A stretch of 64,000 nucleotides of DNA from an uncultured bacterium. GTDB lineage: Bacteria; Patescibacteriota; Minisyncoccia; Phycocordibacterales; UBA9973. A program made the position numbers and the translations under genes. Of this stretch, positions 28,808 through 37,919 are shown piece by piece (within the stretch, counting starts at the first letter, position 1; every line of letters starts with the position of its first letter). The notes beneath the pieces were generated by a model. The model was not told where the DNA came from. It did not search any database and worked only from the letters and a program-made list of their open reading frames with translations. Where the stretch lies: contig CAITSA010000028.1 in the NCBI GenBank assembly GCA_903894955.1, forward strand, positions 8,495 through 72,494. Reading direction: 5' to 3'.

Positions 28808-29361
28808 ACAGAACCTAAAAGATCAGCATTTAATGTAGCTTGAGTATAAGCGTTTACATCACTAATTTCTTTTGCCACACCTGTAAAATCTACACACCAT
28901 GCTTTGGTCTTATCAGACTTTAATTGAACTGCGGTGGCCCAACCTTTACCACCGGCAGTTGAAATACACGAAGTTAAACCTCCCCCCGAGCTTTTAGCTG
29001 CAGCAATTTGTGAAGCAATGTTTGTTTCTCTGAAAATCTGCACTGCTGCTGAAGCTGCTGGACAAGTGGCCACAGTAAACGCTGAAGGAACAGTAGCAGT
29101 ACATGAACCACTATTAGCATAACATCCAAGTAAGCTATACTGTAATTCAGCTTCATTTCGAACACTGGCCAAATTTGCTTTTACCCCGGCATCGCCACCT
29201 TTTCCCCTTGCAGAGTCTAACGATACCATCACAACTGTTGCCAAAAGACCAATTATCGCAACCACAACCAAAAGTTCAAGCAATGTAAACCCGTTTCGCC
29301 TTCGGCAAGCGGAGGTGGAACTTTTTGAATATTTTGTAGTAAGCCCTTTTTTAAAATTCAT
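28795..29361 (-). CDS. type IV pilin
   Basis: RRNG|FTLLELLVVVAIIGLLATV with a 24-aa basic leader. Confidence 0.75.
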   Translation of the reverse strand: MNFKKGLTTKYSKSSTSACRRRNGFTLLELLVVVAIIGLLATVVMVSLDSARGKGGDAGVKANLASVRNEAELQYSLLGCYANSGSCTATVPSAFTVATCPAASAAVQIFRETNIASQIAAAKSSGGGLTSCISTAGGKGWATAVQLKSDKTKAWCVDFTGVAKEISDVNAYTQATLNADLLGSVCGS

Positions 29362-29429
29362 TTTTAGAAAAATTTATTAATAATAACAAGATCTTTTTAT
29401 ATAACATATTATATAACCTTTCAAATACA

Positions 29430-29456
29430 AAAACCACCCTTTTAGGGTGGTTTTTG
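29430..29456. terminator. rho-independent terminator after the major pilin gene
   Basis: accaccc-tttta-gggtggt between an A-run and a T-run. Confidence 0.7.
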
Positions 29457-29476
29457 TATAAAACATGACTAAGAGA

Positions 29477-29956
29477 TTACGGACAAGCTGTTACGGCATT
29501 AGCAGTATTAGCAGTAAGACCAGTTACTTGTTCTGATTTACCACCCGAATCAACACACCAACCTGTAGTATTAAGAGTTTTTAATACTGCTTCAATACCA
29601 TAAGCACTACCATCGGATGAAGTAGTGGCTGTAACTGTATTGCTTGAAGATTGAGCTGCGGCTGACAAACCAGCTTTCATTGTTGCATCAGCAAACAAAT
29701 CAGTACAACCAGTGAAAACAGAAGGGTTAGCGCTAGTAACAGTACAAGTGACGGCAGCAGCACTGTATTTATTATTGTTATCATAATAAATTGCGGCTTG
29801 GGCACGCATATTTGCTAAGTTTGCCTTAATAGCTGCATCAGAACCTTTTGAGCGCGCAGTATTCAATGACGCCAAAACAACTGAAGCTAAAATACCAATG
29901 ATGGCCACGACTACCAACAATTCGATTAATGTAAAACCTTTCTTTAGATTCTTCAT
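29477..29956 (-). CDS. pilA: type IVa major pilin
   Basis: MKNLKKG|FTLIELLVVVAIIGILASV canonical prepilin N-terminus. Own promoter-like region and terminator. Confidence 0.8.
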   Translation of the reverse strand: MKNLKKGFTLIELLVVVAIIGILASVVLASLNTARSKGSDAAIKANLANMRAQAAIYYDNNNKYSAAAVTCTVTSANPSVFTGCTDLFADATMKAGLSAAAQSSSNTVTATTSSDGSAYGIEAVLKTLNTTGWCVDSGGKSEQVTGLTANTANAVTACP

Positions 29957-29959
29957 AAT

Positions 29960-30060
29960 TTATAATTTTACCTAATAATAATCTCGCCTCTTCGGCGAGT
30001 CAGCCGACGAGGCTGATTCGACTTAATTTCTAATACGTTTATTATATCATAGGAATAATA
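29960..30060 (-). promoter_or_regulatory. putative pilA promoter (TTGCAT..TGATATAAT) plus structured 5' UTR with two GC hairpins
   Basis: Hairpins ctcgcc-tcttc-ggcgag and tcagcc-gacga-ggctga between the -10-like element and the ATG. Confidence 0.35.
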
Positions 30061-30094
30061 ATATATATGCAATTAAGTTATCCACAGGACAGAA

Positions 30095-30168
30095 TTAGGT
30101 TCTAGGTTCTAGGTTCTAGGTTCTAGAAATTCGCATTTTACTAGCTCACTAGCAACTAGAACCTAACT
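30095..30168. repeat. CTAG-rich intergenic repeat, copy 2 ((aggttct)x4 ... ctagctcactagcaactagaacctaa)
   Basis: Same family as copies at 3693 and 42278. Overlaps the pilC stop codon. Confidence 0.6.
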
Positions 30169-31371
30169 AATGCTCCCTGCCATATTATAAATTGGCATCA
30201 ATACAGAAACGAGCAAGATGCCTACCCCTAACCCTAAAACCACAATCATAATAGGCTCTATCAGCCCAACCAATGTATCAACGGCGTCATCCACTTCACG
30301 CCTGTAAAAATCAGCTAAGGTTTTTAAAATAGTTCCCAGAGCGCCGGTTTCTTCTCCTACTTGTATCATCTGCACTAAAATGCCAGGTATTTGGCCACTA
30401 TGTTTTCCAAATGCCGCCGAGAGAGACAACCCAGACTTTACTCCATCAGCCACATCTGTCAATATTTCTTTATATGACAAAGACCCCACGACTTGTCCAG
30501 TAATATCTATCGCTCGAATAATAGGAACTCCAGAGCTAAGCATCGTACTTAAGTTGTCTGTCATTCTAGAAAGATAAAGCTTTTTATATAAATTACCAAC
30601 AGCTGGGACAGAGAGTTTCAAACCATCAAGATACACTTTTCCTTTAGCGGTAGTGGACAATCTCCAAACCCAAATTCCTAAAAGCACTAAGAAAATCAAA
30701 ACAAAAAAACCGTAGTTAATAAATAAATTTGAAATTCCAATCACTATTTGAGTAAAAAATGGTGTTTCTTGACCAGAATCTAAAATAATGGCTGCAAGCT
30801 TTGGAATAACAACCACAAACATCAAAGTCATCACCACAAAGAAAGTAACAATAACAAAAGCCGGATAAATAAGCGCATTTTTAGTTTTAGAAGTAATAGA
30901 GTATTGGCGATCCAAATAATCTGCCAAATGTAAGAAAGTTTGATTAAGTTTCCCTGTCTCTTCGCCCACCTTTACCATATTGACATAAAAATCTGAAAAT
31001 ACATCTGGATGATGAGAGAGAGCGCCTGAAATAGAAACTCCGGCTTGAAGATCATCACTCACTTGAGCAAGTTTGCGCCCTAGAAGTTTGTTTTCGGTAT
31101 TAGTAGCTAGCATAGTAAAAGCTTTCAAGGCGGAAACTTGCGCCTCAAACAAAGTTGCAATTTGGCGAGAAAGAATCACCACGTCTTTCGTCTTGACTCT
31201 TTCAAAAAAAGAAATTTTTAAAAATGATTTATTGTCTCCTTCTTCTTTAATAGAAATAACAACCAGACCTCGTCGCTGAAGTCCACTGATTGCTATATCT
31301 CGACTGGGTGCATCAATTTCTCCTTCTTTGTTTACACCAGTATCATTTATCGCTTTATATTTAAATAACAT
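30163..31371 (-). CDS. pilC: type IV pilus inner-membrane platform protein PilC (GspF family)
   Basis: 402 aa, duplicated GspF domains, 3 TM. Confidence 0.85.
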   Translation of the reverse strand: MLFKYKAINDTGVNKEGEIDAPSRDIAISGLQRRGLVVISIKEEGDNKSFLKISFFERVKTKDVVILSRQIATLFEAQVSALKAFTMLATNTENKLLGRKLAQVSDDLQAGVSISGALSHHPDVFSDFYVNMVKVGEETGKLNQTFLHLADYLDRQYSITSKTKNALIYPAFVIVTFFVVMTLMFVVVIPKLAAIILDSGQETPFFTQIVIGISNLFINYGFFVLIFLVLLGIWVWRLSTTAKGKVYLDGLKLSVPAVGNLYKKLYLSRMTDNLSTMLSSGVPIIRAIDITGQVVGSLSYKEILTDVADGVKSGLSLSAAFGKHSGQIPGILVQMIQVGEETGALGTILKTLADFYRREVDDAVDTLVGLIEPIMIVVLGLGVGILLVSVLMPIYNMAGSIS

Positions 31372-31373
31372 AA

Positions 31374-32432
31374 TTAAATAAGACGCTCTAAGCCTTTTGG
31401 ATTAAGTGAGTATTCATAAGCGTTCTCAATAGAAATTTCTCCAGTCCGCACAAGCTCCATCAATGAATGGTTTAAGTCAATCATCCCAGATTCTGTGCCA
31501 GTTTCAATCACCACATCTATCTCGTGGGTACGTTTTTCACGAATTAAATTAGCCACCGCATTATTATTTAAAAGAAGTTCATAGGCTGGAATAAGTCCAC
31601 CCACAATCCTAGGAACAAGTCTTTGGGAAAAAATACCAAGCAAAGAAGATGAAAGCTGGGCGCGAATTTGGTCTTGTTGATTCCCTGGAAAAGAATCAAT
31701 GATTCTATCTATGGTTTGAGAAGCATTATTAGTATGAAGAGTTGAAAGAACAAGGTGCCCAGTCTCGGCTGCCGTTACAGCAGTCGCAATAGTTTCTGGT
31801 GTGCGCATCTCCCCAACCATAATAACATTCACATCTTCGCGAAAAACTTCTTTAAGAGCTACGTGAAAATCTTGAGTATCAATACCGACTTCACGCTGAT
31901 TAATGATGGATTTATTAGCTACGTAAACATGTTCAATCGGATCCTCAATAGTTATTATATGACGAGTCTGTTCACTGTTTATTAAATCAATCATAGCTGA
32001 TAAGGTGGTTGATTTACCTTGCCCAACAGGACCCACCACTAGAAAAAAACCTTGTTTTTTACGAGCTAGATCAGCCAAGATAGGAGGTAAATGTAATTGC
32101 TCTAATGTTTGAACCTTGGGCACTAATCGAAAAACCATATTAACCAAACCTTTTTGAAAAAAAGCATTACCACGAAGTCGCGCTTCTCCATGAAAATCAT
32201 AGGAAAAATCTGCTTCTTGACTTTCCTTAAATCTATCAATCTTTGTTTTATCTAATATTTCACCCAAAAATCCCCACAAATCTTCCTGAGTTAAAACTGG
32301 ATACTTAGCAAGAAAAATAAGCTCTCCAGCTACCCGAATAGCTGGCTTGCGGAGAGCGCCTAAATGTAAATCTGAACCATTTTCATTAATAACATTTAAG
32401 ATAAGATTTTCAAGTTCTTTTTTATAATCCAT
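31374..32432 (-). CDS. pilT: type IV pilus retraction ATPase PilT
   Basis: 352 aa, Walker A GPVGQGKST, Asp box, His box, AIRNLIRE-like motif (ANLIREKRTHE). Confidence 0.85.
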   Translation of the reverse strand: MDYKKELENLILNVINENGSDLHLGALRKPAIRVAGELIFLAKYPVLTQEDLWGFLGEILDKTKIDRFKESQEADFSYDFHGEARLRGNAFFQKGLVNMVFRLVPKVQTLEQLHLPPILADLARKKQGFFLVVGPVGQGKSTTLSAMIDLINSEQTRHIITIEDPIEHVYVANKSIINQREVGIDTQDFHVALKEVFREDVNVIMVGEMRTPETIATAVTAAETGHLVLSTLHTNNASQTIDRIIDSFPGNQQDQIRAQLSSSLLGIFSQRLVPRIVGGLIPAYELLLNNNAVANLIREKRTHEIDVVIETGTESGMIDLNHSLMELVRTGEISIENAYEYSLNPKGLERLI

Positions 32433-32817
32433 GGTTTTTTTCTAAAATTTTTATTACCTCATCAATAACTTCTGCTGGGGTAAAATTAGCTTTCGCTATA
32501 TAACCTGACACACCCAATCGATTACCTTCATCAATATCCTTTTGTTCGTTTTTATTGGACAAAATTATTTTTACACAATTTGGACATAATTTTTGTTCAT
32601 TTATTTTTGTTAACACTTCAAAACCATCCATCTCCGGCATAATTATATCAATCAAAAGAATATCCGGAGATAACCCATCTTTAAGTTTTTCTAAAGCATG
32701 AAGACCATTTGTGGCTGTATACACTTCAAAATTATTCTGGCTAAATTTAAGCGCATACATATCCAAAAGGAAACTATCGTCATCCACTATTAAAATTTTT
32801 CTTTTTTCACCTTCCAT
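32422..32817 (-). CDS. CheY-like response regulator receiver (stand-alone)
   Basis: 131 aa, DD..D..K receiver residues (ILIVDDDSFLL; LLIDIIMPEMDG). Confidence 0.8.
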   Translation of the reverse strand: MEGEKRKILIVDDDSFLLDMYALKFSQNNFEVYTATNGLHALEKLKDGLSPDILLIDIIMPEMDGFEVLTKINEQKLCPNCVKIILSNKNEQKDIDEGNRLGVSGYIAKANFTPAEVIDEVIKILEKNHGL

Positions 32818-32904
32818 CTCGTTAGAATTTATATTAACTATTAATATTCAACCACCATATCCCGTTTTCAACGTTTTTATTATACCATAAAATGTTTTGC
32901 AACT

Positions 32905-34647
32905 CTATTCATTATCATTGCTAAAATTATACACTTCCGTGAAAGGAATTATACCTTGAAGAGATTTGAACATTGCATCTTCTCTCATCATCAGCATTCC
33001 TTTACTGCGAGCCAATTTATAAATAGCTGCCTCGGTAGGATTTTTTAAAATTACTGCCTGCATTTCCTTGTCAATTTTAAACATTTCAAAAATAGCAATA
33101 CGTCCACGGGTACCAGAAGGACATTCAGCAGATGGCACAGTATCGTACATCTTGTCTCCAATGTTTGGCTTGAATTCGTCTGGTAAATCTTTCAGCTGAT
33201 CTTCTATTTGCTTTTTAACGCTTTCGCTGATAGGCATTTCTTTACGTGAAGTTGGATAAGTCATTCGAGCCAAACGTTGAGCAATCGAAACAATCAAAGT
33301 CGGTGCAATTAAATACGGGTCCACTCCCATATCAACTAAACGAGGAACTGCCCCAATGGCATTATTCGTATGGAGAGTTGAGAGCACTAAATGTCCCGTG
33401 AGAGCCGCCTGAATGGCAAGTTGGGCTGTTTCTTTATCACGAATCTCTCCGACCATAATAATGTCTGGATCTTGACGAAGAATTGAACGAAGCCCTGAAG
33501 CAAATGTATAACCAATCTCCGGCATCATTTGCGACTGATTAATGTCTGGCATATGGTACTCCACTGGATCTTCCAAGGAGACAATATTACTTTTTTCTTT
33601 ATCGAGCGCGTTCATCATTGAATAGAGAGTGGTTGATTTTCCAGACCCAGTCGGACCAGTAATTAAAATAAGCCCGTATGGTTTCTCGATTGATTCTTTT
33701 ATTATCTTTAAATTGGTTTCTGATAGACCTAATTGATCTAGGGGCTTCACTCCTTTTTCAGAATCTAAAATACGCATCACAACTTTTTCACCATAATAGG
33801 CTGGCATAGTGGAAACACGAAAATCAATTTTATGACCATCAATGTTTGTGCTGAAAGATCCGTCTTGAGGTTTGCGTTTCTCGTCCAATCTTAATTTGGA
33901 AAGAATTTTTATGCGGGCAACAATTCCGCTATAAACATTCGGTGGCAATATTATCGTAGTATGGAGTATTCCATCGACTCGAAAACGCACTTTAACTTTT
34001 TCACCTGTATATTCAATATGGATATCGGAAGCATTTCCCTCTATGGCATTGCGTAAAATAACTGCCACAATTTTTATCACTGGTGCATCTTCTACAATCT
34101 TTGCTTCAGCGCCTGCTTTTATGTTTTTAATTTCTTTGTTTAGATTTTCCTCATTGGCACTTTTGACCCCAGCTGTTTCTTCTTGATTTAATTCATCCAA
34201 AGCCTTTTCTACTTGACTCCCTAGACCTTTATAACTGTCCATCACACCTTCATAATCACTTTTAGAAATTAGAAAAATTTTAAAAGGAACACCAATTTTG
34301 GTAGAGATAAATTGTAAGGCGTCCATCGCTTGAATATTTTCTGGATCCAGCACCCCTACTTCCAATATTCCATCTTGTAATTTAATTGGTACAAAGTGAT
34401 AGTGAGTAGCCGAATCTTCTGAAATATATTTCAAGACGTCAAAAGACATTCCTTCAGAATTTATACTTTTTATCGGTATGCCTAAATATTCTCCTTTGGT
34501 TTCAAGAATTTTGTTTTCTGGAATACCAAATTCAATAAGTGTCTGCTCCACATCTCCGTCGTGTTCTTTTTGGGCACGACTCTTGATTTCGCCTATTTGG
34601 CTTTCATTGATTAAGCCTTTTTTAGATAATTCTTCTAAAAAACTCAT
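32905..34647 (-). CDS. pilB: type IV pilus assembly ATPase PilB (GspE family)
   Basis: 580 aa, N-terminal GspII-like domain, Walker A GPTGSGKST, tetracysteine motif. Confidence 0.9.
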   Translation of the reverse strand: MSFLEELSKKGLINESQIGEIKSRAQKEHDGDVEQTLIEFGIPENKILETKGEYLGIPIKSINSEGMSFDVLKYISEDSATHYHFVPIKLQDGILEVGVLDPENIQAMDALQFISTKIGVPFKIFLISKSDYEGVMDSYKGLGSQVEKALDELNQEETAGVKSANEENLNKEIKNIKAGAEAKIVEDAPVIKIVAVILRNAIEGNASDIHIEYTGEKVKVRFRVDGILHTTIILPPNVYSGIVARIKILSKLRLDEKRKPQDGSFSTNIDGHKIDFRVSTMPAYYGEKVVMRILDSEKGVKPLDQLGLSETNLKIIKESIEKPYGLILITGPTGSGKSTTLYSMMNALDKEKSNIVSLEDPVEYHMPDINQSQMMPEIGYTFASGLRSILRQDPDIIMVGEIRDKETAQLAIQAALTGHLVLSTLHTNNAIGAVPRLVDMGVDPYLIAPTLIVSIAQRLARMTYPTSRKEMPISESVKKQIEDQLKDLPDEFKPNIGDKMYDTVPSAECPSGTRGRIAIFEMFKIDKEMQAVILKNPTEAAIYKLARSKGMLMMREDAMFKSLQGIIPFTEVYNFSNDNE

Positions 34648-34770
34648 CCCGTTAGAAGCCGGTCACGGTCAGTCTACCGTAACCATGCCTTGTTATATTA
34701 TTAAATTTCATATTTTTTATATACATATTTTTTATCAAAACTGCCACAGTGAATTCTAGCGGGATTATCT

Positions 34771-35217
34771 TTATGGTTTGGTTGGAGTAGAAGGAGCGGG
34801 CGTAGTAGGTTGTATGGTAGTAGTAGGAGTAGTGGTGGTGGTGATGGTAATAGTAGGCAAAATAGCGTCATTGCCAAATTGAGCAAATGGATTTGGTCTA
34901 CCTTCAGTGCCATCTGGAATAAGGACGATACTAGAATCGTGCAAACTATTAAAAGCTGAATCAGAGAAAATAGCATCATCTAATTTTATATTTTTAATAT
35001 TAGAAAAGAGAGTGAGGAAATCTTTTGTACCTAAGGAATCTGTATTGGTCGTATTTGCTTCATTGTTAGAGGAACCATCGATGTTGGGTAAAGTAGCACT
35101 TGTTCCAGATGATACTAAATTAGCCTCTGGTGGAGATTGTTTTATAAAATAAATATAAATTAAAACAAAAGCTATAGCTATTACTGTAAATATAATGATG
35201 TTTTTAATTTTAGGCAT
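34771..35217 (-). CDS. pilus-cluster membrane-anchored protein with Thr/Pro-rich C-terminus (PilP/PilQ-accessory-like, unassigned)
   Basis: 148 aa, N-terminal TM, TTTTTPTTTIQPTTPAPSTPTKP tail. Confidence 0.4.
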   Translation of the reverse strand: MPKIKNIIIFTVIAIAFVLIYIYFIKQSPPEANLVSSGTSATLPNIDGSSNNEANTTNTDSLGTKDFLTLFSNIKNIKLDDAIFSDSAFNSLHDSSIVLIPDGTEGRPNPFAQFGNDAILPTITITTTTTPTTTIQPTTPAPSTPTKP

Positions 35218-35218
35218 A

Positions 35219-35824
35219 TTAATTTTTTAACCAATAAGTTTTAATTTTAAAATCATATTTATAAACTTCGGAAGAATTGGCTTTGGAAGTATTGTCAGCG
35301 CTGACCGGATTAGAAGAAAATTCAATTGAGGAAATATCTACAATTCTAAGATTACTTTCTAGGTCTTTGGTAAAATTAATAAAATTATCATAAGTCCCTG
35401 ACGTAGAAAATTCCAAATCAAAAACCCCATAATCTTTAGATGTCGCAACCGAACCACCTTGAACAACTGGTCCAGTGGTAGTCGCATTATTGGTATCTGC
35501 TTGCGTTACGTTATATTTTACATCTTTTAAAACCATTCCATAAGGTAAGGCTATTTGCCCTATCTCTAAAATCAAACGAACGTTATCAACATTCTCCGGT
35601 AAAAGTTTCTGTAATTTTGTTAAATTATCAGGATTAATTGCATTGTATTTAGCGGTTAATTTATCCCGTTCATTTTCAAACATTTTAGAATTATCAAGTG
35701 CGCTACTGTATGACGTCACCTCTGAATTCAACGCTGAAATATCATTGTAGATGGGATTAGTGAATAGAAAAAAGAAAGTGATAGCTATGACTATTAAAAA
35801 AGTTGGCATTAAAAATCTCATCAT
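35219..35824 (-). CDS. PilO-like pilus assembly protein
   Basis: 201 aa, one TM, coiled-coil, periplasmic domain. Position in the pilMNO module. Confidence 0.5.
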   Translation of the reverse strand: MMRFLMPTFLIVIAITFFFLFTNPIYNDISALNSEVTSYSSALDNSKMFENERDKLTAKYNAINPDNLTKLQKLLPENVDNVRLILEIGQIALPYGMVLKDVKYNVTQADTNNATTTGPVVQGGSVATSKDYGVFDLEFSTSGTYDNFINFTKDLESNLRIVDISSIEFSSNPVSADNTSKANSSEVYKYDFKIKTYWLKN

Positions 35825-35828
35825 AAAT

Positions 35829-36434
35829 TTAACTTTGAGCCATCAACGTTTGCTTATAATTAATAAAACTTGGATCAACTAAAAAATCTAAATCAAAAAG
35901 CACGTTACCACTATTGTCCAGCACTAAATTTGAAAAAACAGGATCAATTAAATTTTTATTTTTAGCAAACAAATCAGATTGCAATGCAATCGAACGATAG
36001 CCAATCGCCACTCCAGACATTTTTATGTTTACTACAGTCTTATTGTCTTTATCGGTTCCTAAATCATAACTGAATTTAGTAAAACGAACACTTTTCATAG
36101 TAATTTGTTCAAGCGCCTTAAAAATTGGAATGATGGTAGTGTGCTTAGATAAAATTTCACTGGAGGCACTCAAACGCTTGTCTAATGTTTGAAGTTCAGC
36201 TATTTTTGAAGGCTCAAAACGATTTTTAGCTAAACTTAAGGTATTGTCCAAGCTGGCAATCTTTTTTACTAACATTCCTTTATAAAAATAAAGTCCACCA
36301 GTGGCGACCAATATCGTGACTAAAGCAAAAATAGAGATAATCAGAAAAAAATTAACGGGACGCGCATAAGCAATACTCTCTTCTCTGAGCATCGGTTTTT
36401 TAGGTATAAATGACGTTTGAAAATTTTGTTCCAT
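35829..36434 (-). CDS. PilN-like pilus assembly protein
   Basis: 201 aa, short cytoplasmic N-terminus, one TM, coiled-coil. Confidence 0.5.
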   Translation of the reverse strand: MEQNFQTSFIPKKPMLREESIAYARPVNFFLIISIFALVTILVATGGLYFYKGMLVKKIASLDNTLSLAKNRFEPSKIAELQTLDKRLSASSEILSKHTTIIPIFKALEQITMKSVRFTKFSYDLGTDKDNKTVVNIKMSGVAIGYRSIALQSDLFAKNKNLIDPVFSNLVLDNSGNVLFDLDFLVDPSFINYKQTLMAQS

Positions 36435-36507
36435 TGTATTTAATTATATCATAAAACAAATTTTAATGAGGTAAATTGTGTATAACTTCAACGTTTGTAA
36501 AATTAAC

Positions 36508-36741
36508 CTAATCATTAAACCACTTTTTTGCCTCTATGCCCGACTGAAGAATGATACCTTTAAAAGTTCTAGGTTTAATTGATTTTTGACCATGAAAAGG
36601 AACGCAAACATTTCTTAAAATTCCTTTTTTGTAACCTATATAATAGTAATGACTTGCATTTGTGTAATTAAGCTTAAATCCATTTCTTTTTAGAAATAAC
36701 TCTATGTCTCTAAATGTCCAGTTTGATAATCTGTTTGACAT
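36508..36741 (-). CDS. hicA: HicA-family (YcfA-like) mRNA interferase toxin
   Basis: 77 aa. FLKRNGFKL..ASHYYY...VPFHGQKSIKPRTFKGIILQSGI matches the HicA fold signature. Confidence 0.6.
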   Translation of the reverse strand: MSNRLSNWTFRDIELFLKRNGFKLNYTNASHYYYIGYKKGILRNVCVPFHGQKSIKPRTFKGIILQSGIEAKKWFND

Positions 36742-37049
36742 TACACTTTTGAAAATCCATACATATTCACCACATAAGGAGACTTAATTGGTTTTGGAGA
36801 ATGAAGAATTGACCACAATTTTTCATATTCTGGGTCAGTAGTTTGATTTAATGATTGAAATCGTGAGCCTTTTATTTTTTTGGCTGATTGTATGTATCCA
36901 TCAACAGCCTGAAGCAAGTTAAAAAAAGCAAGTTTAGGATCATCACTTGATTCAATAATATTAAATTCTAAAGCAACAGCGTACCATGTATCACCGTCCT
37001 TAAAAACGATATGTCTAAATATGCCTTTTGTCGGTGTGTTCATAAACAT
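36741..37049 (-). CDS. hicB: HicB-like (UPF0150/RNase-H-fold) putative antitoxin
   Basis: 102 aa. VFKDGDTWYAVALEFNIIESSDD is typical of the HicB N-domain. Start overlaps the hicA... ATGA junction. Confidence 0.45.
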   Translation of the reverse strand: MFMNTPTKGIFRHIVFKDGDTWYAVALEFNIIESSDDPKLAFFNLLQAVDGYIQSAKKIKGSRFQSLNQTTDPEYEKLWSILHSPKPIKSPYVVNMYGFSKV

Positions 37050-37098
37050 AATATATCATAATTATCAAAATTTTGCACAATTATTGGAACAACTATAA

Positions 37099-37875
37099 TT
37101 AATCCCTAGGCTCTTTCAAATAAGGAATTAAATGAGAGGCTATAATAAAAAGAGAAGTTGAATATGAATGATAATCTTGCCTATCATACCCTTCTTTAAG
37201 TTTACCCGTACTATCGGAACCCATAGAACCTTCATATTGAGGTACTCTACCTAAAAAAGGATCATCTTTACAATAAGTTTTATCTGACCAGCGTTCTTTT
37301 ACACTCTTCTCCATAAATTTTATTTCATTAATGAGGACAAAATACCGATAAGTCCATTCACAAATACCAATCAATTTAGATAGTTGTTTATTTCTTTTGG
37401 CAACTTCTTTTAAATTTTTAAATAAATCATCTTTTGATTCTGTAAAAGTTTCTTGAGTTTGAGAATCAAAAACATCCCAGTCAGTTGGATCATCTGAAAG
37501 ATTTCGTTTTTCATCAAGCTCAATAAATTTTTGAAATAATTCTCTTACTTTTTGATTAATTCCAATATCTTTCGTTTTTTGAGTCAAGAAAGATAATTGA
37601 ATGCGTGACTCTACTGAATAATCGTACCGGTAACCTTTTTTAATTCCTTTTTGACTAAGTCTGTGATTATGGCCAATTGCATAAATAGTACCTACATCAT
37701 CTGGGTCTAATGCAAAAGGTTCAGATGTGAACTTTCTTACCTCGTCAATTGAAGAGTTTGGTTGAAGTAAGTCGCGTAAATGTTTTCTGTCTGTTCTTTT
37801 GGATTCTTTTTCCCAATCAATATAAACTTGCTCATTGACCTCTTGTTGACTTCCAATATTTTTTTTAAATTCCAT
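37099..37875 (-). CDS. hypothetical protein (unknown function, inserted in the pilus operon)
   Basis: 258 aa acidic protein. No family recognised. Confidence 0.4.
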   Translation of the reverse strand: MEFKKNIGSQQEVNEQVYIDWEKESKRTDRKHLRDLLQPNSSIDEVRKFTSEPFALDPDDVGTIYAIGHNHRLSQKGIKKGYRYDYSVESRIQLSFLTQKTKDIGINQKVRELFQKFIELDEKRNLSDDPTDWDVFDSQTQETFTESKDDLFKNLKEVAKRNKQLSKLIGICEWTYRYFVLINEIKFMEKSVKERWSDKTYCKDDPFLGRVPQYEGSMGSDSTGKLKEGYDRQDYHSYSTSLFIIASHLIPYLKEPRD

Positions 37876-37919
37876 AATTATTTATTAAATCAAATATAAA
37901 AAATAATCAAAGTTAGCAC

